A DNA stretch of 57,512 bases, counting the filler, from Streblomastix strix (lineage: Eukaryota), in the NCBI GenBank assembly GCA_008636045.1. It is 2 parts of 2 records of this genome, joined end to end, with 100 filler letters (N's around TTAATTAATTAA, not from the genome) between each part and the next. Parts side by side here need not be neighbours in the genome. Positions count along the whole stretch, not along the records: positions 1 to 28,707 come from SNRW01000115.1; 1 more part is not named here. One strand, 5' to 3'. Positions 1 to 15,300 of the stretch are shown one piece after another. Made by a program: the position numbers and the translations under genes. The stretch's first letter is position 1; every line of letters starts with the position of its first letter. Under the pieces are notes generated by a model. That model ran no database searches. It was not told the origin of the DNA and saw nothing but the letters and a program-made list of their open reading frames with translations.

Positions 1-2745
1 TTCTTCAAAAATCCCAAGAATAATGATGATATTAATATTAACAATAATGAAATTGAGAATTAAAATGAGTAGAAATGTAATAATCAAGTAAATAATATAG
101 ATTCAAATGACTACAATCCATCTTCTAATAAATATGCTGATAATGTTCTATAAAAAAAATAGTAAATTCAACAATAATTTGTTGATATGGAAGAATAACA
201 ACAAGAAAACATTTAGTCCAATAACAATATCAAAATTAACTCCAATCAATAGAATGTGAATTAAATAACAATACCTCAGTCTTCTTAAATACTTCCAATA
301 TAATCCAATCATTTATTAACTCCCATAAAAAGTCCTCTTTCTATTCCTTCTATTTTTCCTCCTTCATTTCCTTATTCTCCATTTTATCCAAATTCTTCTT
401 TATACCCTTTTCCCCAGTATCCATTAATTTCTAATTAGAAGTAGATTATTGAAAGAAAATAATCAGAATTATAATTTAATGCTTTGTAATACAAAAAAAG
501 AATAGAAGAGATAGAAAAAGAAGGTTATATAATTGAGAAAATGAAAGAATAAAAGTAAAATTCATAAAATAACACATCTGATGATATAAGAAAAGGGGAA
601 AGAATTAAATTAAAAGAAAACTAAATAGCAAATAATATATTGATAAATATATTAGAGAAAGATAATAACATTTAACAAAAAGATTTGAGAATTCAATTCC
701 TTTCTAACAAGAAACTAATAAATGTAAATCAATAAAAGAACAAACATTAATAATCTGATTACAACTCTTCATTACATTCATTATCTCCATCCTAATACCA
801 ATAGAATCGCACTTCCCAAACTTAATCATAATATGATCAGAGTTATAGTCTTTAATTAGAAGAATAATTAAGATCTGGCAAAGGATGTTATGCATTGATG
901 GAAGTAAAAGAAGACGAATTTGAAGATGAATTGGATGATGAAAGAGCAAATAATAAGAATTTGGATTCTATTTAATAAAAGGGAATTTATTAATAATAAA
1001 TTAAACATACAAATATTGAAAAAGAAAAAGAAAACAAAGATAATGAAATTTCATAGGAATAAAAAGACATAAACTATTAGACAGATATAAATTATAATAA
1101 TAAATACAATAATTCAAATAATGATACGAATAATGAAGTATTAAACTTATAATAAAACATAGAATCTAATGATAACAATATTATATCTTCCAACATATAT
1201 AATCCTTCATCTTCCTCTTCATCTTCATCTTCATCTTCATATTCTTCACTTCTCCATAATTCCAGTACTCCTTTAGTTTCATACTCATTAATTCCTTATT
1301 CCTAATCATCATAATCTTCTTCTTATTTATCACCTGTATAAAATTCTTCATAACTTTAATAATCTCATTCAAAAAAAATTTTAACTACATATAATTCTCA
1401 ATATATTTAATATAATAATAATTTATTATCAAATTAAAATTAAAATTCTTAAAACTTATAATATAATTTATAATTATCTGAAGATCATTCAATAAATACA
1501 CCTTAATTTGATTAATCTTCATAGAATTAAAGCTTTTCTAAATTAAGTCCCAAAGATTCTATAATTCATAATTCAGTAGTTGAATCAACAGAAGATTTGA
1601 ACTTAAAATGTTTGAGCGTATTAGTAAATGAATATGAATTTTCAAATAATTAATTGGATTAAATGTAAGACAGTAATATTAATAATAACAATGAATTAAA
1701 GTCAAATTCAGACCGATCATCAATTTAGGAGCCACTTTAGGGATAAAATATCGATAATTAAGTAAATTAAACAAATAGAGTTAATAAACAAAATGAAAAA
1801 TAATTGCATCAAAGGATATAATATGGGAAAATTCATTATAGTCCATCACCACTATCAAAGAATGTGGATACCAATAGTTTTGATGGAGATGATTATGAAG
1901 GTTCATTAATAAGTTCATAATCTGCATCATTCTCAGAAAATGATTCTGATTTACTAAACAATTCAATCAATAGTCGAACTCATTATCATAAAAATCATAA
2001 AATTAGACGCAATTTCTCATAAAAAAACATCTCTCAAAATAATTCTTTCAAATCTATTCATTCTTTACACCATAACAATTCAAATTAAAGTCTTATTTCC
2101 ATTCAAAGCTAGAAACTGAAATAGATGAACCATTTAAGGAATATTTATTAGAAGAGAGAGAAAGCATATGCTCAGGTGATGAAGGTCAAAGAAAATACTG
2201 TTGATGAAGAAAATGATGAAAAAAGAGGAGAAAAGAAGAAGGATTAAAATAGACAAGAAGATAATAACATAATAAAAGTTAATGAGATAGTATAGATAGA
2301 TGGAGAGAAATAAATCAATAATTAAAATCTGTTCAATAGAAATCAATATAAAGATTAAATTAATGATGATTATCATTTCCATTAACAGTGGGATGCTTAA
2401 ATTAACATGCAGAAGGAAATGTTTGAGCAAATACAATAATTACAGAAGCAATAGTTGATTATGATAGAACTATTAAGCATTAATAAGAATCAAATTACAA
2501 ATGAGAACATAGATGTATTGAAGCAGAATTAAATTATCCATATAAATGATTCTACTTAACTGTTTTCTCCTGCAATTTCTTCTAATCCAATTTCTTCTGA
2601 TAATCTTTAGACATCATAAATATAACTTTAATCTAATCTTCCACAATCAAATAATTAAATATCTAGTCATACTTCACAAAATAATGATGAACTTCATCAA
2701 ATTGATAAAATAAATGAAATAAGCACACTATACAATCAAGAATGA
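1..2745 (+). CDS. 3' part of a Q/N/E-rich low-complexity hypothetical protein (5' truncated)
   Basis: Frame 1 reads FFKNPKNNDDININNNEIENQNEQK... with TAA/TAG as Gln at all spot-checked points and ends at TGA 2743-2745. Confidence 0.75.
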
Positions 2746-3157
2746 TTTTCATATTAAACTGAAAATATATTTTGAAATTGATTCAACATAAATTTCAACA
2801 TCAAAGACTAAAGCGATTAGAAATGGTAGACTTAAGAATATTGAAATACCCGAAGATTATAATTTCAATGTTATTTTTATTAATAGTTTTATTTCAAATT
2901 TTTCATTCATTATACCTTCTTATAATTACAATAGCTTTAAAAAAAATTCTTTGCTTTTAATTATTTATTTTCATTTTATATAATATTTTTTATTAGTTTT
3001 TAAATATATGTAAATTCTTTCATATTCCTTTCTAATTACTTTCTTATAGCACTATTTTATCTATCAGTATATTTTAATTGATAGAAACAATTTTATTTTA
3101 ATAATATTTATAAAAGTCTATAGTTCAGTTTCTACTTATTATTTAACATTTTTTAGA

Positions 3158-3915
3158 TCAATTAAAGAGTTTAATAAAATGATACAAATAAATAAATAAT
3201 CCAGTATAATCATTTGTTTTTAAACTTTAACAATAAATATGTTTATTATTCGTTTAATTCATTTCTGTTGAATGAACTGCAAAACTCAGGCATTCGACCA
3301 CTCCTTCACCAGTAAATGCTGAAACACGAAATATGGATGAATTCTTCAGATCGTTAAGTAATGGTTTGAATACACTAATGATAGTTTCCATCGTTTCAAA
3401 TGCAATCGTGTCACATTTATTTGCAATTATAATTAACGGAATATGACGTTGAGAAATAGTTGGAAGCAATTTTTCTGATATGAATAATAAATTTTTTAAA
3501 TAAGTAATATGAAATATCAAACTAAGCTCTGAAGAAGCTTCTTCAAATCGATCCTTTGCACCTCCATCAATGACAAAGAAAATCGAGTCAGCAGAAATAA
3601 CATAATCTGGCCACAACACTCTAAGTTATTGACTCCCTCCAATATCGAAAATTTACAGTTCTTTATATTTCGTTTTCTATAAGTTATAATCAATAAATTG
3701 ATGAATTCAACTATAAAATATTATCATACAATTTCTTTGTAGTTTTATCCAACAGTCTGCACAAGTGGGAGATGCGAATAAGGTGGCTAAGTAAAGGAAG
3801 CCTCAATTTAATTTAAAAGTGCTGTTTTCCCAGAATTATCGAGTCCAATCAAAAGAATTGAGTGAATTTTTCTCTCTTAAAAGCAGCCAAAAAGACTGCT
3901 GAGAATAAAATTCAT
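3158..3915 (-). CDS. Arf/Arl-family small GTPase, 2 introns
   Basis: ATG 3915; P-loop GLDNSGKT, DIGGSQQLRVLW, ANKCD, SAFTGEG. GT-AG introns 3677-3729 (53 nt) and 3475-3522 (48 nt). First in-frame TGA at 3158-3160; the homologous part ends near 3257. Confidence 0.9.
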
Positions 3916-4450
3916 CTAAATAATTTAAAAAATGTTACAAATAAAACATAAAAATATATGTTATTAAATAAGAATTGAAGAATAGAGAAAATAATAATAT
4001 ATTTGTATTTTAAATATTTAGAATCAATTTAAATATGCATGCTATGATTAAATAAAGTAAAAATAATGCGTAATATATTTTGTATCATAAGATAATCTTG
4101 GAATACTAAAAATTATTTCAATCGGCATTATCATGACCGTAACAAGAGTAAATTATATATTATTTTTACAAAAATATCAGAATATAATGAGTGCACATTG
4201 CTAAAATAAATTTACAGATAAAGATAAACGATAGAAACAAAAATAAGTTATCTTTTCATAGGGAAGTCGAAAACGATTATTAAGATAAAATAATTATTTA
4301 TACAAGAAAATATAATAAATAATTTACATTATAAATACCTATCAAATGCTAGAAGGCTAAATAATCAGTAGTTATTGTTTTGGGGCCATTTTCTAATAAT
4401 AGTCATTTTTAATAGCTAAGCTTAAATAATTAACTTTATTTTATTACATT

Positions 4451-4810
4451 TCAACTTGATTTATGAGCCATTGACATGCTATAAAAAGTCTCCATTGCCA
4501 GAACCAGTTCAATTTTTTGCCAATTTATCTTTTTCAAGTCTTTTGCAATGGATAGACCATCAAACCAAACAGTAACAATGCAAATATTCTATTTACATGT
4601 TACATAATACATTTGCCAGCGCTGGGCGACAAAAAACGATCTATTCCGTGCTACGACTTGAACATTTAGATACATCTAATATCATTATATTACTTAGTGA
4701 TAGATTAACTTAATCAAATTTAACCAGCTAAAAACACTCATTCTTCTAACTGTTCCAACAGATTTTATTCCAAATATCAGTAAATTGCTAATTACATGCT
4801 AACTATAAGA
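4451..4810 (-). CDS. possible small spliced hypothetical gene
   Basis: Removing a GTTAAA...TATTAG intron gives LACNQQFTDIWNKICWNSQKNECFQL-MYLNVQVVARNRSFFVAQRWQ...HKSS-TGA. No recognisable motif and no clear start. Confidence 0.25.
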
Positions 4811-5045
4811 AATTTTATCTTGAAACATATCTATTTTTGAATAAATGCATATCTGACCCATAATAAGATATATATTTATACATAAAATCTCTTTTCTCTC
4901 CCAATTTCAAGATAATAAACTTTCAAATCACATTTTCTCTTTTTATATATTCGCTATTCTACATTTCTAAGCCTTTCGAACTATATTTCAGAAAATTTAT
5001 ATCGTTTATTCGTTTCTATTTCATATTTGACTTTTAGATATCCCA

Positions 5046-6071
<1,026 letters not shown>

Positions 6072-6380
6072 AGGTGAAAAGAAGATAGGTAGAATTGATG
6101 ATGTAGATTAGTTATATGAAGATTGATCTCTTAATAGGTTAGTAATTCAATATGTAGTTAAACTCATACTTACCATTCATCGTTCAAATATACAACACCA
6201 ATGTTTTTATTAATATTGTCAACTTTTTTTTAATTTACCAAAAGAACAATTTTTAAATAAGTTGCATATTCTCAATCCATTAAAATAATCAAAGAAAAGA
6301 GTTATTCAATCTAGTATTAAAAGAAAATTTTATTAAACAAAAAACTTTAACAGTATTCTACAGTTGATGTTAGGTGTGTT

Positions 6381-9300
6381 TCATGTAGCAAAGAAAAACT
6401 CGCTTTCCAGTCTCCTACTTCCTCTAGGAGTCACGGGTTACTAAGGATCAACTTCTTTGCTAATTGTTACCCCCATTCTTACCACACGCATTGCCAGCGG
6501 AGGTGGTCCTCTAAGTACTGGCATTATCCTTAATAGAGCTACTGAAGCCAATACTGGTGGATACCGTGCTGTTTTTTTGGCGTTGGTTTTCTGAGTAATA
6601 TTAACCTTTGTCAAATTCAATATTTTATCCTTTCTGTCAATTCCAAGCTATTGAACCCATGCTGGTAGTTCATCTTAGTCCTTTTGAATTGATTTAGAGA
6701 TCTGTTCGTTGGGTGATGGAGATGGAGAAGGAATCCGTAATGGATGTTACTTTTCCTTTTAAGGAAGTAACTCCAACATTATCTTTGGTTTTGCTGTAGT
6801 CACTGGCATGCTGTGTCGCAGGTTAAACTGAATATTTTATTGTTCTATGTTGTTTAATTCTTTCTGGTTTTCCTTACTTTCAATTTTTCTCCCTTTTACA
6901 ATAGAAATAAATGCTGGTGAAGTATTTGATACAGGTGTTGAAACAGATATTGAATTCAAACCTTCATTCTAGTTTGTATATTGTGGCTGTGTTTGTGTAC
7001 CAGGTGATTGCTATTTAGTTCGAGTGCGAGTTTGATTTATATTTGGAGAATAAGCTACAGGTGTTTACATCAAATTATGCAGAGCTGTTCCTTGAGATGG
7101 ATTTGTTTTGAAAAGATCAATAAAAGATTGCGAAGACGATTAATTTGATTGTTGGTAAGAAAATGGTGGTTATTAAGATTGTTGTTATTATGTGGTTGAT
7201 ACGAATTATTCATTTGGAGATTTCTGCTTGAAAAGATCCATAAAAGATTATTACTGTGAAAACTATTACTATTGTTTTTATTACTTCTGAATATATTAAT
7301 CTTGGTTGGAGGTTGAACTAATATTAGTGGAAATCTATTTATTTTGAATCTGTTATTATATATTTGCAGGTTAAGAAATAAATTGAGAAGATTAAGAAAT
7401 TTATTAATGAGTTTAGTTTGATTAAAGTGATTATATTGATGAACCAAAATGAATCAAATCCTCTTCTTCACCATTATTGCTATATGCAATTTATTATTGT
7501 TCTTGCTATTATTATTATTTAATTTATTCTTAGACTAAGCCAATTTATTAGAATGATAAAAGAGACTTATTATTTGATTTTCTAATTGATTAATTGTTTT
7601 AATCAAATTAAGAAGAAGAATTAGTAGAAGGAGAAGATTGGAGAGGAGAAACTATAGGAGAAATAAAGTTCATTGGTAAAGAATAAGAGATATCGTTAGA
7701 TGAATCAGCCAATAGCATAGAAGGAAGTTAATTATTTTATTCAATTTACAAACGTGATTTAGCGTGACTATAATCAACACTCTTCCTTTTCATGCTATAA
7801 TCTTGAATTTGCTATTATTTATAAATATTTAGTTCGTCTTATTTCTAATTCTCTTTATCCATTCCTTTCCATTTCAGTTGTACATTAAAATTCTCAGATG
7901 CTGGTTTGAAAGCAATTTATAAATCGTAATTTTTATTATTTTCTTTCTTTTATGATGGAAGGAATAATAAATCTCTTTCATTTTATTATATTTACTATTA
8001 TTGAGATGAAGATTGTTATTAGGAAGGATAGAGCATATCAAGTAATCCTTATTCTTATTTATTCTTATCAAATGTTGTAAATATTGATCCTTATTTTGAA
8101 TATGTTTATGATTATGATGAAACAGATGTTAAAATTGTTTATTGCTATTGTATCTGTTATTATTTGTTTTTCCCAGGCAATATAAATCCAAATTGTTTTC
8201 CAAAGCCAAAACACTGTCTTATTTAAATCCAAATATCGACACAAATATCTTCCCACATCCAACTTTCTTCTGAATTCTTCTTCCAATTATTCTTATTATT
8301 AAAACGAGTTATTATTCTCCAATTATTTTATTATTTAATAGACTAATCATTTAAAGCAAAAAGATTCTTTAATTTATTCTTATTGCCTATGTCTTATTAT
8401 CCAATATCTATATTCATTGTAATTATCTTTTATTATCCTCTTTTATTCTTATTCAACTCATTCTATTATTATTTAACATATTCTTTTCTTTTTGTTTTCT
8501 TTTTATTATCTTCTTTGCTACTCCAATTATCTTTATCAGTAAAAGAAGGTATTCTTGGAGAATGAGCCATTACACTGTTGCACAACTACGCTACTCTAAT
8601 CTTGTTCCAGATCTCATCTCCTGCTTTACTAATTGCTCTGAATAAGATATATATAATAAAAATAAACTTTACATTATTTATCAATTATAATATAAATATC
8701 AAACCGATGAAAATCTATTAATTCAGATTCGGCATTCATTAATCTCAATTCTGTTTTCTCGTCAAATATATCTGTGTCTACATATAAAAGATATTAATAA
8801 TTGAATGAAATAAGAAAAATGATTAATTGACAAACTTGCTTTATTTTTCTAGCCAGGTTTCAACATATATTCTCTGGCTTATTCTTCTTTCTTTTGTTTA
8901 GCTGATTTAGAAAAACCAAAATTTGCCCTTTTATTGTTTTATTCATCTTCAAATTCATCAGAATCATTTTCATCATTATTTTTATTCAGCTCATTTGATT
9001 CAAATCGTCGTTTCTTCCGTTTCTTTATTTTCTTCTTGTCAATCATTTATTTTTGATCTACTTAGTTTACTTAATCTATTCTTTTATAGTCTTTCTGAAT
9101 ATCATAATTAATTTCATCACTATAATCATCTTCACTCATATTTGAGCTATCATCTTAACTCGTTCTTGTAAAATCTTCTTCTGTTTAATTCAATTCCTAT
9201 TTTTATGGATCTTTATTCCAAATTAACTTAAATTATTTATCTTTTTCTTTCAACTTCTCTTTTTCTTTCTTTCTTTCATTTTCTCTTTAAATTTCTACTT

Positions 9301-12300
9301 TTTCTTCTTCTTTTTTCATTCTTCTTAAATCTCTCTATTTCTTCCTTTCTTATTTTCTATTCTTTTTTCTTTCTTATCTTTTTATCTCTAATTTCTTCTC
9401 TTCTCTTTTTGTTATTCTTTCTTTCTCTCTTTCCATTACATATGCCACAGATATTAGATGAACACATGCCTATTCAAATGAATTAATTATAAGTATAAAG
9501 GAACGATTGATTAAAATTCAATTAATAAAATTAAGCTAAAATAACAATTTAATTATTATTATTTTATATTATACCCAATAACCCTATAATAGTTCATCCA
9601 AAGCTAACAATGAAACTTCTATTGCTACTCCACCTAATTCATTTTCCTATGTTTTCTTCATAAGATCTTCATATGGTATTATTTTCATATCAATTTCTTT
9701 ATATTTCTCAAATTATTATTATTTAAATGGTTATACAGAAGAAAGATCGAATTGATTATTATCATCATTAATTATATGAAAATGAAGGCGATAATCAGGT
9801 GGATATTTGTTATGCTATAAAACTTTTTATAATTATTAATCATATTTCTATAATTAATCTTATTATATTTTTTCATATTAATATTAATTATATTACTACA
9901 TTTAAATGTTCTATTTGTAAACAGAATCATATTTTACTATATTCATATCATTGTTCAAACTAATTATATTATGATTTTCTTATAAATCCGAAATTTCACC
10001 AGGATTTTAATTCTGCTATAATATTAATGACTGAGACTATTAATTTGGTGATAAGGGAGTAGGTTATTATAAATAAGACGAATGAGGAATAGAAAGAGTA
10101 TCTTTATTAGATGGAATTATATTTAATTGTTAAGGATTTAAATATTGAAGTTATTGTTGTCTAATTGTATTAATAGCGCTATTATTATTACTGCTATTCG
10201 GAGTCATATCAGAAGACATATTCTTACTATCAGTTTTTTCAAAATGAATTAACTCATCAGATACATTACCATCAGGTAGCTAAGATTGAAAAGATTACTT
10301 TGATTATTATGAATGTGAAGTATGAGAAGAATATGAAGAAGAAGATGATGAAATCGTAATTGATGTTTATTATGAAAATTTAGATGAATTAGTAGAAGAA
10401 TTTGACATGGTTTCTGATGAAGTCAAGTTTTGAAGTTTTTTATTTTTATTTGTTTTCTTTCTTTTTTTCCTGCATTTCTTTCTTCTCTTTTTCTTCTTTT
10501 ACGGATTACTGCTTTCTTATCCACTTTAGTTATTTTATGTTTAATGCGAAGTTTAGGATGATGAAGATTCATTTGAATCTTATGAATGTGAATATGCAAG
10601 TTGAGATTATTTCTAGTTTATTTATTTATTTTATTGAAATGATGAATAAGAAGAATATTCTGATGAAAACGAACGTAATGTTTATGTAGAACTAAATTTA
10701 CCTTAAACTTTTGGTAGTGTTTATGAATAGAATTCATTTTTTTCACCGGTTACTTCCATTTTTAGTTCATAGGATTATTTATTTTATGAATCTTATTGAT
10801 TATCATTCAATTCTAATTTTGAATGGGATTAGAAGTTTCGAGGTAGAGATTTTGATATATTTTCAAATTATTGTTCATATTACTATTAATATGGTGTTTG
10901 TGACTGAAATGAAAAAGAAGGAGAATCAGGTTGTGATTAAGAAGATGTTTATGATTTTGAATATTGTGATTATGAAGAGAAGGGAAATGATTGATTAAAT
11001 GATTGTGGAGAATGAGGATAATTAGAAGAATATGAAGGAGAATAAATGATATTTGAAGGATGGTTGGAAAAATCTAAATCATATGAATCATAATTGTCTA
11101 AATTATTATTACGGTTATTAATGACATTATTATTCTGTAAATTTTCACTTATTTAATTTTAATTATCATCATTTAGATCAATGTTTATTTTCTTAATATT
11201 GGTATCAAGAAATAATAACTAATTTTCTTCATCATCAACAATTTATTATTATTATTTTTCTCCTTCAATATTACTTTTTTATTCATTTGTATTAGTTTAT
11301 ATCAACTTTTCTTTCTTTTTCTTTGTGTCTTTTTCTTTTCTTTCTTTATCCTTCTTTAATTACTCTTTAGAACTACTCCCTCTCTCTTATTTAGTTATAA
11401 TGTCATTCTAATCATCTTCATCTTTCATTTTATCTTATAATTATCTATCTTTGAATCTGTTTAGCATTATTTCTTATTCATCCTTTGTTTTTTAATCATT
11501 TAGATTAGTTAAGGATGAATTTGAAAGAATTTTATTAATTGTATTATTTGATTTATTTCCCTCATTTTCCCCAATTTCAAATTTATTTTCCTCTTTTTAT
11601 TCTAAAATATCATCATCATCATCTTCATCAATCTATACTTCCCATCCTCCTTCATCATCTTCATCTTCTTCAATGTTTTATTCATCTCCAATTTTCTCAT
11701 CATCTTCATCTTCATCATCAACATCAACATCCCACTTCATATACGCTCCACCAGACTTTCTTTATTCCCTTCGATTACTCATACCTATTCCTGCAGTGAA
11801 AAACTTAGTTTTCTTTTAGATCTTTATATTTGTTTTGATTTTATCTGTATGGCTACTTTTTTATTTTTTCTGTTAATCACTAACATTACTTTGTTATTGA
11901 TTTTGTTCGTTTGATTTATTCTTGAAATTAAACAATTTCCAATTTGTCTTTTCAATATTGTTTAAATTGGTAGTAATATTTTATTATTAAGCAGATTATT
12001 ATGTTTAAGATTATATTTACGATGCTGATGATTAAGACAATGTTGATTATGGAGTTATTTTCTAATCACTATTATTGGTTTATTATTATTAAGATGAAGA
12101 TAAATATTACTACAGCTCTTAATCAGTACCTTTCTTTCTTCTTGGAGAAAGAACTGATTAAGCTTATAAAGGTGTATGAAGCGCATTTGATCCTAATATT
12201 AATTATTGCTATGTTTTAATGAGGATTATTTTCTAATTATTATTATTTTATACAGATGATTATGGCTATGATTATCCTACACCTTCTCCAATTTATTTAT

Positions 12301-15300
12301 TTTATTCCTATGAAAATAATTCCTAAATTTTAGTAATGTTTGACTTATTCTTCTCATTTGCATTAATTTCTTCTTTATTTTTATTTTATTTTTATTTATT
12401 TAACTCATCTTTCATTTTAGTTGAAGAAGATGAATGATCGGAAGAATAAGATAAAATATTTTCAATTTGATTAGAATTTTATTTCTGTTGCAATTATTTG
12501 TTAATCATCGATAATTCATCATTTTCTCTATTTAAATTTTATTAAGTATTTGCAATATCAAATTACTATTAGTTAGATAAAACAATAGAATAACCATAAT
12601 TCTAATTTAATTCATCTTGTTCATTCAATTTCTCTTTATCTTTAATTCCTTATTTTCCTCCAATGCCTCCTCCAATCTTTGCTTATGTTGTTGCTTCTCC
12701 TGTTGTGCACGTATCAAGAGACAGTGATGACAAATGTATAATTGAAAATAGCAGTTTAATTAGTTAATATAATATGTTTTTTGGATATTATTATAAAAAT
12801 TATAGGATTAATGGAGATATTGTGGAAAAAGAAGATATTGACTATTATAATTTTTATTATTATTAATTTTATTTAAAATTTCCTATTGAGCACAAACAAG
12901 ATATTCTAATCATTCTTTTTAGCCACATCCAGTGTGTTATACTAAAACATGCACAATATTTCTTATTTTATTAATTTCTTAGCATTTATTCCTCTTTTTG
13001 TTTTATTTTTCTTCTTTTAATCCGTTTTCTCGTTTTCTTCTTTTCCTTTTCATTATTTTTCTAATCAAATTATTATACTTCATTATTAATGTTATTATTT
13101 AATGTTTTACTTGAATGTGATGATTAAGTCTAATTTTAATCATTAGTAATAAAACTTAAAGTTTAAGGAGAAAATGGAATCATTGGAGAAGGAGGATTTT
13201 ATTAATCTGGAGTTTTTGATGATGATTAAGATGAGAAAAAAGATGACGATGATGATGATGTTGATGATGAAGTGTCCAATGTTGAAGATAATTCCAATGT
13301 TGATGATGATTCAAATGTTGAAGATGATTCCAATGTTGAATTCTATGCTAAATTAGATGAAGTTGGATCAGAATTATTATCATCATCTTTATCCTTAATC
13401 TTCTTCTTTCTTTTATGCTCTTTCTTCTCTTAATCATTAATTTCCTTCAGTTCTCCTATTCTACATTCTTTCTTTCCAATTTATCTTCCATGAACTGTAC
13501 ATATTCTTCTTTACTTAAATACTTAATCCTCAATTATATGTAATAGCTCATTATATATCCTCGATTATGCTAATTTAAATTCTTTTTCTTAAATTCTATA
13601 TTCTTCTTCTTTAATTTACTTCTTCAATTCTTTTCTTTATCTTTTCTTCTCCTTTTCAATTAATATTATTTTCTATTTTCTATTCATCTGTGATGTTATT
13701 TTCTTTATTCTTTCCATCTTCTTCTTCTCTTTTTCTTTTTCTTCCTTCTCTCTTTATTCAATTTCCTTCTTCCTTTGTCCAATTCTCTCATTCTTTCTCT
13801 TGTCTTTTTCTTCAATATATGTCTTCATCCAATTATCTCTCTCATAATCAAATTCTTTACTAGATATGCACAATGGACATGCTAGAGCGTATGAACCATC
13901 AAATAAAGCCCAATTTTGTATGTAGAATTTAATTTTATTTATTGTGTATGATATTAACTCTATAAGCAAAGCTGAATGTCGGAAGTTAGACTATGATTAA
14001 GATGCTGTATAATCATTATATTATTAATTTGACGATAAAAAGTTAGTATAAAATGTATTTTTCGCTTAATTAGTTGATTGTCCTCCTATTTTATTAATCC
14101 AAAGCATGTATAATGCATCTAAGAATTCTAATACTGTTACCTGTTTTGGATTTGATAAGGTTGGCTATTATTAATTTGACGATTATTTAAATTAAAATAG
14201 TGATTGTTGTTAGACTGATAACTATTGTTATTGATTGTTTGATTAAATAAAAACACCTTCATGTTATATATCTTATGTCTAAATAGAATAAATTCGCACA
14301 AATGGTATCAAATACTATGGAGTCTACAATTTAAAATATTTCAACACTAAAGCAAATGAAGAAGGTGAATATTATACCATTCTTATTATTAGAGCCATGG
14401 CATTAATACAAATAGATTATGAGTCTCCCAAAGGTCTATTCAATAATTCAAGAAGAAATACAGAAGACTAAAACTATGAAATGAATTGAGAAGGAGATGA
14501 ATGTGATGAAGGAATCAATGAATGAATAAAGTAAGGCGGTGGATGATTTAATTATAACTGATGATCTTATTAGTCATTAAAGTATTAAAGAAAGAACTAA
14601 AGGTTATACAATTTTGATTAATTGATAGATTTGATTGCAAGAGTAGTAATTTAATTTGGATTTTCTTTTTTATTCTAAAATTCATTTTCTGTAAGTTCTT
14701 ACACAAATGCATTAGTTTGAGACTTTTATTGTTATTAAGATTAATATTTAGTTTGTGAAGTTGAATGTGAATCTGAAGAAAGTTATTAGGAAAACATACC
14801 GTCAGGAGAATAAGAAACTTTTTGAGAACGAGATGAATAAGGAGTTTGAATGTCTATATTTAAGGAAGATTGAGAAGAAAGAGGATATGAATATTATGTT
14901 TATTATTATGTCTATTATTATGAAGGAGGACGTGAAGGTTATTATTATGAAGGAGGACGTGAAGGTTATTATTATGAAGGAGGGCGAGATGGTTATTAAG
15001 GAATAGGAGAATGTACATAAGGAAGAGGAGAATGTATATAAGGAAGAGGAGAATGTATATACGGAAGAGGAGAATGTATATAAGGAAGAGGAGAAGGAGA
15101 AGTTTGAGATTGTTATGATACTGATTTTGGTGTTTGACTTGAACGAGTTGGAGATAAATGAAACGAAGAAGATGAAGGTGAAGAGGAAATTGAACGAGGA
15201 GATGATATATTATGAGGGGAAATAGATGTTGGTAATTTAATGGTTAATTGTAAATTATGTTGTTTAATATTTTTCTATGAAGATTGATTTTATATTATTT

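Noticed and set aside
14912..15092. CRISPR-like array
   Set aside because: Tandem units without unique spacers, lengths multiples of 3, inside a coding exon.
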